35,958 nt of DNA, taken from Snowella sp. GTDB lineage: Bacteria; Cyanobacteriota; Cyanobacteriia; Cyanobacteriales; Microcystaceae. Of the stretch, positions 1 through 8,897 are shown in pieces. Below the pieces are notes generated by a model, which worked only from the letters and a program-made list of their open reading frames with translations, did no database searches and was not told the origin of the DNA. Within the stretch, counting starts at the first letter, position 1; every line of letters starts with the position of its first letter. The stretch spans positions 1 to 35,958 of the forward strand of contig JAYKGY010000069.1 of the NCBI GenBank assembly GCA_035285545.1, given 5' to 3'. Both the position numbers and the translations under genes were made by a program.

Positions 1-73
1 TTGTATGATATTTTGTACACTAATTTGAGGCAATTTAAGAAGATTTTCGAGAAAGTACAACATAGTTCAGTCC

Positions 74-2167
74 TCATATAATGTATACCATTATACACTT
101 CTCACTGCTAACCGCGGAGAACCAAAATAATTGTTGCCATTTTGCGACATCTTCTACAGGTCGTAACTGCATTTCACCCAAAAGCCAATCAAACAGATAA
201 TAATCCATTGCTTCGGCTCCACACAACACCGCCCAACGGCGTAAACATTCCTGCTCAGTCCAACCCCGTCCTGGATTACTGCGATGTCTTCCTAATTCTT
301 CTTCTATGGCTTCAATTTCTGTAATGATACGTTGCACCGTGAGATATTCCCGAAAACTTTTATGGGTAAACTCAAACGTTCTTTCTGTTCCCTGAACTCC
401 CTGTTGACGAAAATAAAATGCTGTTAACAGTTGGGTTACACCCTTAGAGCCTGATGTTTTAAAGACTTCTAATACTGAACCAATACCACTATGCTGACAA
501 TGAGCCTCTATTTCCGCTACCGTTGTCGTGCGTCCGTTGCCATGCCAACAAGCCACTGCAATTTCTGCCATTGCTTGCATAAACTGTTCTTCGGTAATTT
601 GGACATCTTTGTGTTTGAGTGTGGGATGTTGAATCTCTGCCCATTCCCGTTTATAAACCCGATGCAATAAATCTTTGTAAATTTGATTCAGGGTTACGTT
701 CTGACTGAAATCTAATTCCCCCGCGTCATAACTCAAAGCTACTAAATAATTTAATAACGGTTGGGCGGTAATTTCCTGAAGTGTTTCAATTTGGGCTAAT
801 TCTTTGGGTAAACTCTGATAATTTTTCTGCTTCAATTCTCCATAACGCCGCCACCAATTCTGCCGTTGATCGATCTCAAGTAACGCTTTCTCATCTACAT
901 AATTATCTTTTTCCAGATCTTCCTCACTCAACCAATAGGGCAGTAAATGCAAAATTTGTGGACTATCTTTTGCCTCTCCCAAATGTTGCACGACCAACTC
1001 ACGCCCACTAATGAGAACTTGGATTGTTAAGCTAGTTTGATTCCAACCCCGTAAATCATTCTTTACCTTTTCTAAAAAATCACGAGCGACTTCTGTGGCT
1101 AGTTTGCCCTGCATTGCCAACTCATCTAAACCATCAAAAATCAATAACAAGCGATTTTGTGAATGCTCCGATTTTAAGGGATTCGGTGGAGTAATCCGAA
1201 ATTTTTTGATATATTGATCTAGCGCATTCTCTAGTGGTTGAGTTGGATCAATTTCATGCAAGGGAATCAATAAAACCCGATCCCCCCTTTCTGCCAATTC
1301 TGCGGCCAACATTTTGGTAAAAGAAGACTTCCCGCACCCTGGCCCACCGCAAATAATCCGTAACCCATCCCGCTTATCCTCTTGTTGGAGCCAATCCCGA
1401 ATCGCCGAGTGTAAATCCATCACTACCCGCTCATATTGCTTTTCCTGATGCTTTGGCTGATTTTCCTTTTCTCGTACCACATAAGCCCGTAAGGGAATAT
1501 AAATTTGTCGAAGGCTGAAATCTTCTACCCCAAATAACTTTTCATTTACCTGTTCCTGTAACCATGATCCATAATTAAACCAAGCCTTTTCCGTTTCTCC
1601 CGCCTTTTCGTTTAACTGCTTAATTCGCCATTCAATCGGCTGATAGGTCGTGCTATTTGTCTTTTCTTCCTGATAAAGATTAAAAATCAAATAATGGTTA
1701 AAACGCTTACTAATTTCTGTAATACTTTCAGCCTTAACCTGATTTGCAGCTAACCAATCGGTAAAACCTTGTTTCAAGAGAGCCGTTACAAAGTGTTGAT
1801 CGGGACGTTGATAAAACTCATTATCCAGACCCAAATTATCTGACTCCAAAACCTGATTTAAACGAATCGTTAAATCATCAAAATCCAGATTAGACGGTAA
1901 TAATTGCTGTTGATCTCGACATAATCGTAAAATCGCCTGTAATGCAGACCGCGATACCCATAACCATGCCAATTCTCCCTCGTCCTGCTTAACTCCCAAA
2001 GTATTGGCAACCTCTACCCCATCTTTGGCCAAATCTTCCCATTTCAGCAGAACCGCATTAATGCTGGCCTTACCCACCGTTGGTAAAAGTTTACGAAAAT
2101 CAAACTTCACATTCCGAAAGAGAATATTCGTGGGTGATTTGAACGGTAGGCGATCAGGAGAGTTCAT
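74..2167 (-). CDS. NACHT/STAND P-loop NTPase, probably C-terminally truncated
   Basis: Walker A GGPGCGKS, Walker B LLIFDGLDE, and NACHT winged-helix motif FEFTHKSFREYL. Ends abruptly in WQQLFWFSAVSSEKCIMVYII with no repeat/sensor domain. Confidence 0.8.
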   Translation of the reverse strand: MNSPDRLPFKSPTNILFRNVKFDFRKLLPTVGKASINAVLLKWEDLAKDGVEVANTLGVKQDEGELAWLWVSRSALQAILRLCRDQQQLLPSNLDFDDLTIRLNQVLESDNLGLDNEFYQRPDQHFVTALLKQGFTDWLAANQVKAESITEISKRFNHYLIFNLYQEEKTNSTTYQPIEWRIKQLNEKAGETEKAWFNYGSWLQEQVNEKLFGVEDFSLRQIYIPLRAYVVREKENQPKHQEKQYERVVMDLHSAIRDWLQQEDKRDGLRIICGGPGCGKSSFTKMLAAELAERGDRVLLIPLHEIDPTQPLENALDQYIKKFRITPPNPLKSEHSQNRLLLIFDGLDELAMQGKLATEVARDFLEKVKNDLRGWNQTSLTIQVLISGRELVVQHLGEAKDSPQILHLLPYWLSEEDLEKDNYVDEKALLEIDQRQNWWRRYGELKQKNYQSLPKELAQIETLQEITAQPLLNYLVALSYDAGELDFSQNVTLNQIYKDLLHRVYKREWAEIQHPTLKHKDVQITEEQFMQAMAEIAVACWHGNGRTTTVAEIEAHCQHSGIGSVLEVFKTSGSKGVTQLLTAFYFRQQGVQGTERTFEFTHKSFREYLTVQRIITEIEAIEEELGRHRSNPGRGWTEQECLRRWAVLCGAEAMDYYLFDWLLGEMQLRPVEDVAKWQQLFWFSAVSSEKCIMVYII
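77..97. promoter_or_regulatory. Palindromic operator-like site overlapping an NtcA-consensus box
   Basis: Inverted repeat TATAATG-TATAC-CATTATA (77-95) gives TATAAT on both strands; TGTA-N8-TACA at 82-97. Confidence 0.3.
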
Positions 2168-2403
2168 AAACTTAGATAAGTGACAATTTGAATAACTTGT
2201 CCAGTTGAAATTTTATCATGTGTTTCTGTTGGATGCTTATTTTGCAAACTTGATTAAGCTTTAATAAAACTTAAAATACGACCAACTTTATTTTTAGATA
2301 AAAACTATTGAATGGTAGTTTCTCAAGATAGAATTAACAACAGATCATTGATTTATCTTTTGCTATGACGAATTATTAATATATTTGTGAAAACAGTTTT
2401 AAA

Positions 2404-2739
2404 ATGAAACTACCCAACTTTCAAAAAGCCATTATTCCTGAATCTAAGCTATCAGGATATTGCTTAAATTTAGAACACAAAGATGGTCAAAATAAAGCCC
2501 GTGTATTTCGTGCCGCATTAGGATTAACTGCTGAAAACTCAGATGAATTAAAAAACGCATTACTCCAAGCCATAATTGATTATGAAGCGGAATTTCAAAA
2601 AAATACAGCTAATGGTGATCTATACGTTATTTTATTTCCCATGACTAGGAATAATAAGACGGAGACAATAAAAAGTGTTTGGATTATTAGACCAGATGAA
2701 GACTTTCCCCGTTTAGTAACTTGTTATGTCAATGAATAA
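2404..2739 (+). CDS. DUF6883-like protein (putative toxin/nuclease domain)
   Basis: KL..Y.LN..H..G..KA.VF...LG pattern and C-terminal WI......PRLVTCY, typical of this family; followed by a DUF4926-like gene. Confidence 0.7.
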   Translation: MKLPNFQKAIIPESKLSGYCLNLEHKDGQNKARVFRAALGLTAENSDELKNALLQAIIDYEAEFQKNTANGDLYVILFPMTRNNKTETIKSVWIIRPDEDFPRLVTCYVNE

Positions 2740-2784
2740 ATACGTTACAATGAGTCATCTTCTAAGACACATAGGACTTAATCA

Positions 2785-3015
2785 ATGAAAAAAACTATCA
2801 ACGAAATTGATATTGTCACTTTAACACAAGATTTACCAGAGTTAGGGTTAAATAAAGGACAAACGGGAACTGTAGTAGATATCTCTGAATCAGGAGTTTT
2901 TTTAGTTGAATTTTCTAATGAAAAGGGAGAAATGATATCTCTAGAATCTTTAACAAGAGAACAGATAGAATTAGTAATTTCTTATAGTCAAGAAAAAACT
3001 AAAATAACGGCTTAA
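2785..3015 (+). CDS. DUF4926-like small protein (putative immunity/antitoxin)
   Basis: E.D.V.L..DLPE.GL..G..GTVV......FLVEF....G motif; AGGA RBS-like sequence upstream. Confidence 0.75.
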   Translation: MKKTINEIDIVTLTQDLPELGLNKGQTGTVVDISESGVFLVEFSNEKGEMISLESLTREQIELVISYSQEKTKITA

Positions 3016-3071
3016 TATTTTTGGTGAAATGTCTAATTTTCAATCATTATAATTACTGATTTCCCTAAAAA

Positions 3072-4250
3072 CTAACTTTCTTCTGCCAAAGCCGCAAACG
3101 TTTTCCAACACAAGAACAAAGCGCGGGGAACATGGAAACACCCCTTCCACTTGCCACCTTTAAGATTGAGTAACACTTCACCTCGTCGATTGAGATAGCC
3201 AAACCATTCGCCATATTCAGGATCAGCAAATTTTGACCAACTGTAATCATGCACTTTTTGATACCAATCCCAACACTCAGCGCGCTTGGTTAACCGATAC
3301 CCTATCGCCAAAGCCACTAAGGTTTCTAAATGCACCCACCAGAGTTTTTGATCCCATTCCAATTGTTGAGGAGGATGACCGTCTGCATCCAGAAAGTAAA
3401 AGATGCCCCCGTATGCCTGATCCCAAGCAAAATCGAGAATATTTAACACCACCTGTACGGCTTTTTCAATGGTGGCTTGATCCTGACGACGATGGGCAAT
3501 ATCCATAATGAACCACATCGCTTCTATGCCGTGACCTGGATTTAATAATCGTCCGTCAAAGCAATCTAAATGGGAACCATCGGGTTGCACACTTTCAAAC
3601 ATGATTCCCCGTTCTGCATCGAGAAAATCGGTCATCACTTCGGTAACGGTTTCCTCTAAAACGTTGTTTAGGGTTTCAGGAGAGAGTAACCAATCCATTT
3701 CTAACGTTAGGTTCGCCAAGATCATGGGGACGGCTAAGGATTTCAGCGATCGCGTTCCTGGATAGGCTTTACTATATTGACCTTTCGGATTATCTTTCCG
3801 TCGTAAAACGTTGTTATAGGCTTGTAGGGCAATCTCTTTCGCCTGTTCATTTCCTGACGCTAAGGCATACTGACTGAATGCCATCGCTGCAAAACAATCG
3901 GAAAAAATATTGTAGGGTTGAATTAAGGGATTGCCAGCGCGATCGAGGGAAAAATACCAATTTCCGTCTGTATCTCGGCCATGTTTGGCTAAAAAATTGG
4001 CTCCATGTTCGGCAACAGCTAACCAATCGGAACGCTTTTCTAATTGATTGTAGAGGGTGGAAAACATCCAAACTTGGCGATTTTGCAACCAAATAAACTT
4101 ATCGGTGTCGTAAACGTTTCCAGTACGGTCTAAACAGGTAAAATAGCCGCCTTGCTCGCGATCGAGAGAATATTTTTCCCAGAAAGGGATGACATCTTGC
4201 AGTAGTGCCGTTTGATACTGCTGAGCCAGTGTTGAAAAGTCGTATGCCAT
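3072..4250 (-). CDS. N-acylglucosamine 2-epimerase (AGE family)
   Basis: [25 protein letters not shown] and KGCFHVPR motifs. ATG at 4250 (MAYDFS) preferred over the upstream GTG. Confidence 0.92.
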   Translation of the reverse strand: MAYDFSTLAQQYQTALLQDVIPFWEKYSLDREQGGYFTCLDRTGNVYDTDKFIWLQNRQVWMFSTLYNQLEKRSDWLAVAEHGANFLAKHGRDTDGNWYFSLDRAGNPLIQPYNIFSDCFAAMAFSQYALASGNEQAKEIALQAYNNVLRRKDNPKGQYSKAYPGTRSLKSLAVPMILANLTLEMDWLLSPETLNNVLEETVTEVMTDFLDAERGIMFESVQPDGSHLDCFDGRLLNPGHGIEAMWFIMDIAHRRQDQATIEKAVQVVLNILDFAWDQAYGGIFYFLDADGHPPQQLEWDQKLWWVHLETLVALAIGYRLTKRAECWDWYQKVHDYSWSKFADPEYGEWFGYLNRRGEVLLNLKGGKWKGCFHVPRALFLCWKTFAALAEES

Positions 4251-4283
4251 CTGAATTTTCCCCGTGAATTGCAACCCCACAAT

Positions 4284-4308
4284 AAAAAAGAGCAGTTAAG
4301 CTGCCCTT
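4284..4308 (-). terminator. Intrinsic terminator downstream of gifA
   Basis: Minus strand AAGGGCAG-CTTAA-CTGCTCTT followed by a T run. Confidence 0.65.
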
Positions 4309-4362
4309 CTTTCATTATCTTAATCCTACGAGTACTTCAATTTTTATGATTTATTCTCACCG

Positions 4363-4560
4363 TTAGCTTAAGGATGCACCGCTGCGATCATAGGTTATGC
4401 GAAAGCTAGATTGGGGCTTGCCTTGGGTGGTTGTCCAATAATCATCACCGACTTCCATGCCAATTTCCGAAGCGGTTCTTTCTAACATGGATTGTTGACG
4501 ATTTTTAACCATTTGGTGGTGACGCATCATTAAGGCGCGAGCTTGTTGTTGAGTAGACAT
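4363..4560 (-). CDS. gifA: Glutamine synthetase inactivating factor IF7
   Basis: 65 aa MSTQQQARALMMRHHQ..KNRQQSML.R.A.EIG...YDRS.ASLS matches the IF7 signature; GGAGG RBS; NtcA box upstream. Confidence 0.93.
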   Translation of the reverse strand: MSTQQQARALMMRHHQMVKNRQQSMLERTASEIGMEVGDDYWTTTQGKPQSSFRITYDRSGASLS

Positions 4561-4639
4561 AGTAGCCTCCGAATTAGCTAGGTTTCAAAATTTTTATCGA
4601 TTTAATTTACCCTCACTAATATTTATAACATGAATTTCT

Positions 4640-4653
4640 GTAGCAAAATATAC
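4640..4653. promoter_or_regulatory. NtcA binding site, repressor position over the gifA promoter
   Basis: GTA-GCAAAATA-TAC. Minus-strand TGTTATAAAT extended -10-like element at 4621-4630 places the box near -30. Confidence 0.8.
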
Positions 4654-4790
4654 CAATTGTGTTTTTCTTTACATAATGTTACTTTTTGATCAGCGTGCTT
4701 GAATCGGTTCCCGTCCCTGATTGGCTTTGAAGACGCGCCTCGTGGGACAATGGAAGAAAGTTCTTAATTCTGACCCAAGCTGCATTTTCC

Positions 4791-5870
4791 ATGAACGAGT
4801 ATCAGCCTGAATCTTTCTCACCCCTATCTGAAGAAGTCGCCAATGAAGTCATGCGATCGCTGTTGCACAAGGAAGGAACTTGGGTAGATTGGGGCAAACG
4901 TTGTCAGGAGTTGCAAAAATCGGGGTATTCAGCCCAAATTATTTTTGAGCGCACCGGATTCCAGTCGGTTCAACAGAATTTAATTATCGTAGCGGCGCAG
5001 GTGTATGACAGTTTGGTGAAAGCAGAAGCTCCTGAAAACGTACTGCAATATTATTTAGGGCCAAAAAGTGATGTTCTCTATGAATTCCGCGTTCTTAATC
5101 AAACCCAACGCTTAGCGGCTGCCACAACGGCCTATGAGAAAAATTTAGAATTTGACGGGGCCAAGGAGTTAGCTAAAGCCATTCAAGAGTTCGCCCGTTT
5201 TTCCCAATTGCCTGCGGGTTTTACTGAACACCCAGGAGACGCGATCGCCTACCAATGTTGGAAGTTAGCAAAACAAAGCTGTGATCTCCAAACCCGCACC
5301 CGTTTAATTGCCAAGGGGTTAAAGTTTGCCCATTCGCCATCAGCCCGAAGCGCGATCGAGCAGTTACTCAGCGATTTATCCGTAACACCAACTCGTAAAG
5401 CCCCGTTAATCCCCCTATATCGGGTGGAAAATGATGAAGAGTTATCCCGTTTAGTGCCTGTGGCAGGAACCTGGCCGCTCACCCGTGAACAAATTAATGC
5501 GGTGCAACCTGTCACTATTGTGGAACCCTTTGGCTTGGTAAACTATTCAGGCGAGGGGGCATTAGTACCATTCCCTAGTTGGCAAGTGGTTTTAAAAGCC
5601 GTTGATCCTGTGGCTTTTTTCTGTCAGAGTCAGGAATTATCAGAGGCTTTAACCAATAAAACGGAAGTGGTTTTAGTCTTGGTGGATCGGGCTGCGAAGG
5701 AATGGGATGATAATGGCTTTTTCTTAGTCGATGAAGGCGATAAAGTAAGCGTTAATTGGTTTCCCTCTGCGCCAACAGCAGAAATTTTAGGACAAGCGAT
5801 CGTGGTTTTACGACCGAAACGAATTTTTGATGAAAATAATTTGTTAGAACCTTGGCAAATGGATGACTAA
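4791..5870 (+). CDS. raf1: Rubisco accumulation factor 1
   Basis: LLHKEGTWVDWG..CQ.LQK.G, IFE.TGF...QQNLIIVAAQVY, and C-terminal LRPKRI.DE..L.EPWQMDD. Confidence 0.92.
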   Translation: MNEYQPESFSPLSEEVANEVMRSLLHKEGTWVDWGKRCQELQKSGYSAQIIFERTGFQSVQQNLIIVAAQVYDSLVKAEAPENVLQYYLGPKSDVLYEFRVLNQTQRLAAATTAYEKNLEFDGAKELAKAIQEFARFSQLPAGFTEHPGDAIAYQCWKLAKQSCDLQTRTRLIAKGLKFAHSPSARSAIEQLLSDLSVTPTRKAPLIPLYRVENDEELSRLVPVAGTWPLTREQINAVQPVTIVEPFGLVNYSGEGALVPFPSWQVVLKAVDPVAFFCQSQELSEALTNKTEVVLVLVDRAAKEWDDNGFFLVDEGDKVSVNWFPSAPTAEILGQAIVVLRPKRIFDENNLLEPWQMDD

Positions 5871-6136
5871 TTATTCAGTTTAAGTCAGTTTAAGTTGTAG
5901 TTGATTCACGTTTAAATGTAATTTTTAAATCTGACAAATCAAATTCTTGTAATCGTTTCCAAAGTTCTACGCTTGCAGTTTCAGTAGTCCTCTGTCTTGC
6001 CAACGATTTATTTGGTCGACCTACTTAGAATTTATTTTCAATAAAAAATGATTTCTACCCTTTGACGGATTAACGGGTTAGGCGGAATCTTTTATTAATT
6101 GAAGCATCAAACACTGTCATTCATAAAATAAGCATT

Positions 6137-6194
6137 AACAAGCATCAGGCTTCCTTTTTACGCTGAGTCTGTGTATTGGGAAATGATGCCTGTT
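6137..6194 (+). other. Long hairpin in the leader of the methyltransferase gene
   Basis: AACAAGCATCA (6137-6147) pairs with TGATGCCTGTT (6184-6194) with one mismatch; inner TTCC/GGAA pairing. Confidence 0.4.
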
Positions 6195-6294
6195 TTGCCT
6201 GGGAAGAAATTTCCGAGTATCTTTTTTATCCTTTCAATTCATCTTTAATTTACCTAAATTAGCAACCCTAACCACTCAATAAAGAGAATCCGCT

Positions 6295-6966
6295 ATGTTA
6301 TCTAAAAAAATTATGACCTTATTCACGGCTAGTTTGAGTGCGGGCAGCTTAATGTTAGTAGGGTGCACCCCCCAAACCCAAGCTCAATTAGATAATCAGA
6401 CCGAAACTCAGTTTGAAACTCAACCTGAAACTATCCAAGCCCAACAAGGGGTTTCGGATATTCCGACCCAGAATCAAGTGGCGGATGTGCCCTTTGTCCC
6501 GACTCCCCAACCTGTGGTCGATGAAATGCTACGTCTAGCCCGTCCGACCAGCAACGATGTGATCTATGACCTGGGCAGTGGGGACGGTCGTATCATCATT
6601 ACAGCGGCTCAACAATATGGTGCGCGGGGTGTGGGCATTGATATTAATCCTGATTTAGTCCAAAGAGGCCGTAACCGAGCCGAAGAAGCAGGCGTGACAG
6701 ATCGGGTTAGCTTCCAACAGCAGGATCTGTTCCAAACAGATCTCAGTGAAGCCAGCATTGTTACCCTTTACCTGTTGCCCAGTGTGAATATGCGCTTGTT
6801 GCCGAAGCTCTTGCAAGAACTCCGTCCAGGAACCCGTATTGTTTCCCACAACTACGATTTTGGCGATTGGAAACCCGAACGGGTGGTTCAGGTAGAAAGT
6901 TCTTCAGGGGGCCAACATACCGTTTATTACTGGGTCGTGCCTGAAGATGTCTCTAAACTACGGTAA
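6295..6966 (+). CDS. Class I SAM-dependent methyltransferase with lipoprotein signal peptide
   Basis: Motif I YDLGSGDGR, plus GIDI, DLF and VTLYLLP; N-terminal KK + hydrophobic stretch + LVGC lipobox, then a Q/T-rich linker. Confidence 0.85.
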   Translation: MLSKKIMTLFTASLSAGSLMLVGCTPQTQAQLDNQTETQFETQPETIQAQQGVSDIPTQNQVADVPFVPTPQPVVDEMLRLARPTSNDVIYDLGSGDGRIIITAAQQYGARGVGIDINPDLVQRGRNRAEEAGVTDRVSFQQQDLFQTDLSEASIVTLYLLPSVNMRLLPKLLQELRPGTRIVSHNYDFGDWKPERVVQVESSSGGQHTVYYWVVPEDVSKLR

Positions 6967-7034
6967 TGGCATCGGAGATCAACGATGAAAGGATGCAGGA
7001 AAAAATGTTTTGGTAACGGAGAACGAATAGGGAA

Positions 7035-7066
7035 TTGGGCAAGCGATCGCGATTCGGTTTGCCCAA
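7035..7066. repeat. Intergenic hairpin enclosing a HIP1 site
   Basis: TTGGGCAA...GCGATCGC...TTGCCCAA, 8-bp perfect arms. Confidence 0.55.
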
Positions 7067-7184
7067 GAAGGGGCGAATATTGCCATTAATTACCGCAGTA
7101 ATTTCTACGATGCCCAAAGAACATCGATTTTAAACTGTCAAATCCCCTATTTAATCAATAACCTTTAGCAAACCAAAGATCAGC

Positions 7185-8564
7185 GTGAGTAGACAGATTA
7201 ATACAGAACTACCAAATCCTCATTGGGTTGCAAGCCCGACGGTTACGCCAAAATCAGCCCTAGCTTTTACTGACGCGATCGCGATGATTGTCGGTATCGT
7301 CATCGGTGCAGGAATTTTTCAAACGCCATCCCTTGTTGCCGCAAATGTCCCTAACGGGCAATGGCTTATCCTCATGTGGGTTTTGGGCGGCGTAATGTCT
7401 TTGATCGGTGCATTGTGCTATGGGGAGCTAGCCACGGCTTACCCCCACCCAGGCGGAAATTACTATTACCTAATGCGGGCCTTTGGTAAACATATTGCTT
7501 TTCTCTTTGCCTGGGCCCGCATGGCCGTCATTCAAACAGGATCGATCGCGCTCCTTGCCTTTGTATTAGGAGATTACGCCTCCCAATTATTCCGTTTAGG
7601 GGATTATTCTCCCTCGATCTATGCAGCCACAGTTGTTATTATTCTGACCCTGCTGAATATCTTGGGGGTAAAACAAGGGAAATGGGCCCAAAATTGGTTA
7701 ACCCTGGCAAAAGTCTTGGGCTTACTCTTAGCCATTGCGGTGGGGTTAGCCTTTACCATCAATTTTGAAATGTCTCCGCCTGTTAATACGGAATCATCGG
7801 GTAATTTTGGCTTGGCCTTGGTTTTTGTCCTGCTTTCCTATGGCGGCTGGAATGAAGCGGCCTATATTTCAGCTGAGTTACGCAATGTCAACCGCAACAT
7901 GGTGCGATCGCTGATGTGGAGTATCGGCATTATCACTGTGATTTACGTCCTCATTAATGTCGCCTATCTTCAAGGTTTAGGATTAACCGGGATGGCCAAC
8001 TCTGAAGCCGTGGCCGCCGATCTGTTGCGCCAATCCTGGGGAAATAGGGGAGCCGTTTTTATCAGCTTATTAATTGTGGTTTCTAGTTTAGGAGCCATTA
8101 ACGGGACAATTTTTACAGGGGCGCGGACGAATTACGCTTTAGGACAAGATTTTCCCCTGTTTAGTTTGTTGGGTCGTTGGCAAAATCATTCCAGTACCCC
8201 CACCAATGCCCTCTTAGTCCAAGGGGGCATCTCCTTAGCGTTGGTATTACTGGGAACCTTTACCCGTAAAGGCTTTGAAACAATGGTGGAATATACTGCC
8301 CCTGTGTTTTGGTTATTCTTTTTGCTAACGATTATTTCGCTGTTCGTCTTACGAATCCGTGACCCCCAGACGGCTCGACCCTTCCAAGTGCCGTTTTATC
8401 CCCTAACTCCCCTGCTATTTTGTGCCATTTGTGGTTACTTACTCTATTCCAGTTTGGCCTATACGGGAGTGGGCGCGATTGTGGGTGTGGTCGTGGTGTT
8501 AGCAGGAATTCCTCTACTGTTTTGGAATCAGCAATGGAAACTATCTCAACGGGAATCCTCTTAA
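7185..8564 (+). CDS. APC-superfamily amino acid permease (LAT/SteT-like)
   Basis: TM1 GIVIGAGIF, YGELATAYP..GG.Y.YL, TM6 SYGGW and RPFQVPFYP; about 12 hydrophobic segments. Confidence 0.9.
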   Translation: MSRQINTELPNPHWVASPTVTPKSALAFTDAIAMIVGIVIGAGIFQTPSLVAANVPNGQWLILMWVLGGVMSLIGALCYGELATAYPHPGGNYYYLMRAFGKHIAFLFAWARMAVIQTGSIALLAFVLGDYASQLFRLGDYSPSIYAATVVIILTLLNILGVKQGKWAQNWLTLAKVLGLLLAIAVGLAFTINFEMSPPVNTESSGNFGLALVFVLLSYGGWNEAAYISAELRNVNRNMVRSLMWSIGIITVIYVLINVAYLQGLGLTGMANSEAVAADLLRQSWGNRGAVFISLLIVVSSLGAINGTIFTGARTNYALGQDFPLFSLLGRWQNHSSTPTNALLVQGGISLALVLLGTFTRKGFETMVEYTAPVFWLFFLLTIISLFVLRIRDPQTARPFQVPFYPLTPLLFCAICGYLLYSSLAYTGVGAIVGVVVVLAGIPLLFWNQQWKLSQRESS

Positions 8565-8830
8565 CGCGATCGCTTCTTCTAAGTAGGGTTTAAGGCTAGG
8601 ATTGGATTCTAAAATATCAAATATTTCATCTCGTTGTTCTCGAATAGTAGCTGTCCAACTTTTGCCTCGTAATTGCGGTTGATAGTCCGACTTCAGGAGA
8701 TGGCCAATCAGAAACTAGATTAGTAATTGCTTACCGATCTAGGCGTTCAGAACTTAGAGTTGATAGATCGGCGTTAATAATAACAAATCCTAAGTTCAAC
8801 CTTAACAAAAATTTAAATTATTCAAGCATG

Positions 8831-8875
8831 AAAAAGAACCAGTTATCAGACGAGATAAGCTATTACTGATAACTG
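8831..8875 (-). terminator. Probable terminator of argD
   Basis: Perfect 10-bp inverted repeat CAGTTATCAG (8840-8849) / CTGATAACTG (8866-8875), followed on the minus strand by GTTCTTTTT. Confidence 0.55.
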
Positions 8876-8897
8876 ACATTTTTAAATAACGCTGAGT

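Noticed and set aside
71..98. dif/loxP-like site (ATAA-TGTATA core)
   Set aside because: Only the central hexamer and a few bases resemble dif; the XerD arm does not match and there are no 13-bp lox arms.
4561..4640. Glutamine riboswitch upstream of the gif gene
   Set aside because: Leader is short and AT-rich with no such structure; that riboswitch is associated with gifB, while this gene is IF7-like with an NtcA box.
5875..5894. TCAGTTTAAG x2 as a Pho box
   Set aside because: Period is 10 bp rather than 11, there are only two units, and it sits immediately after the raf1 stop.
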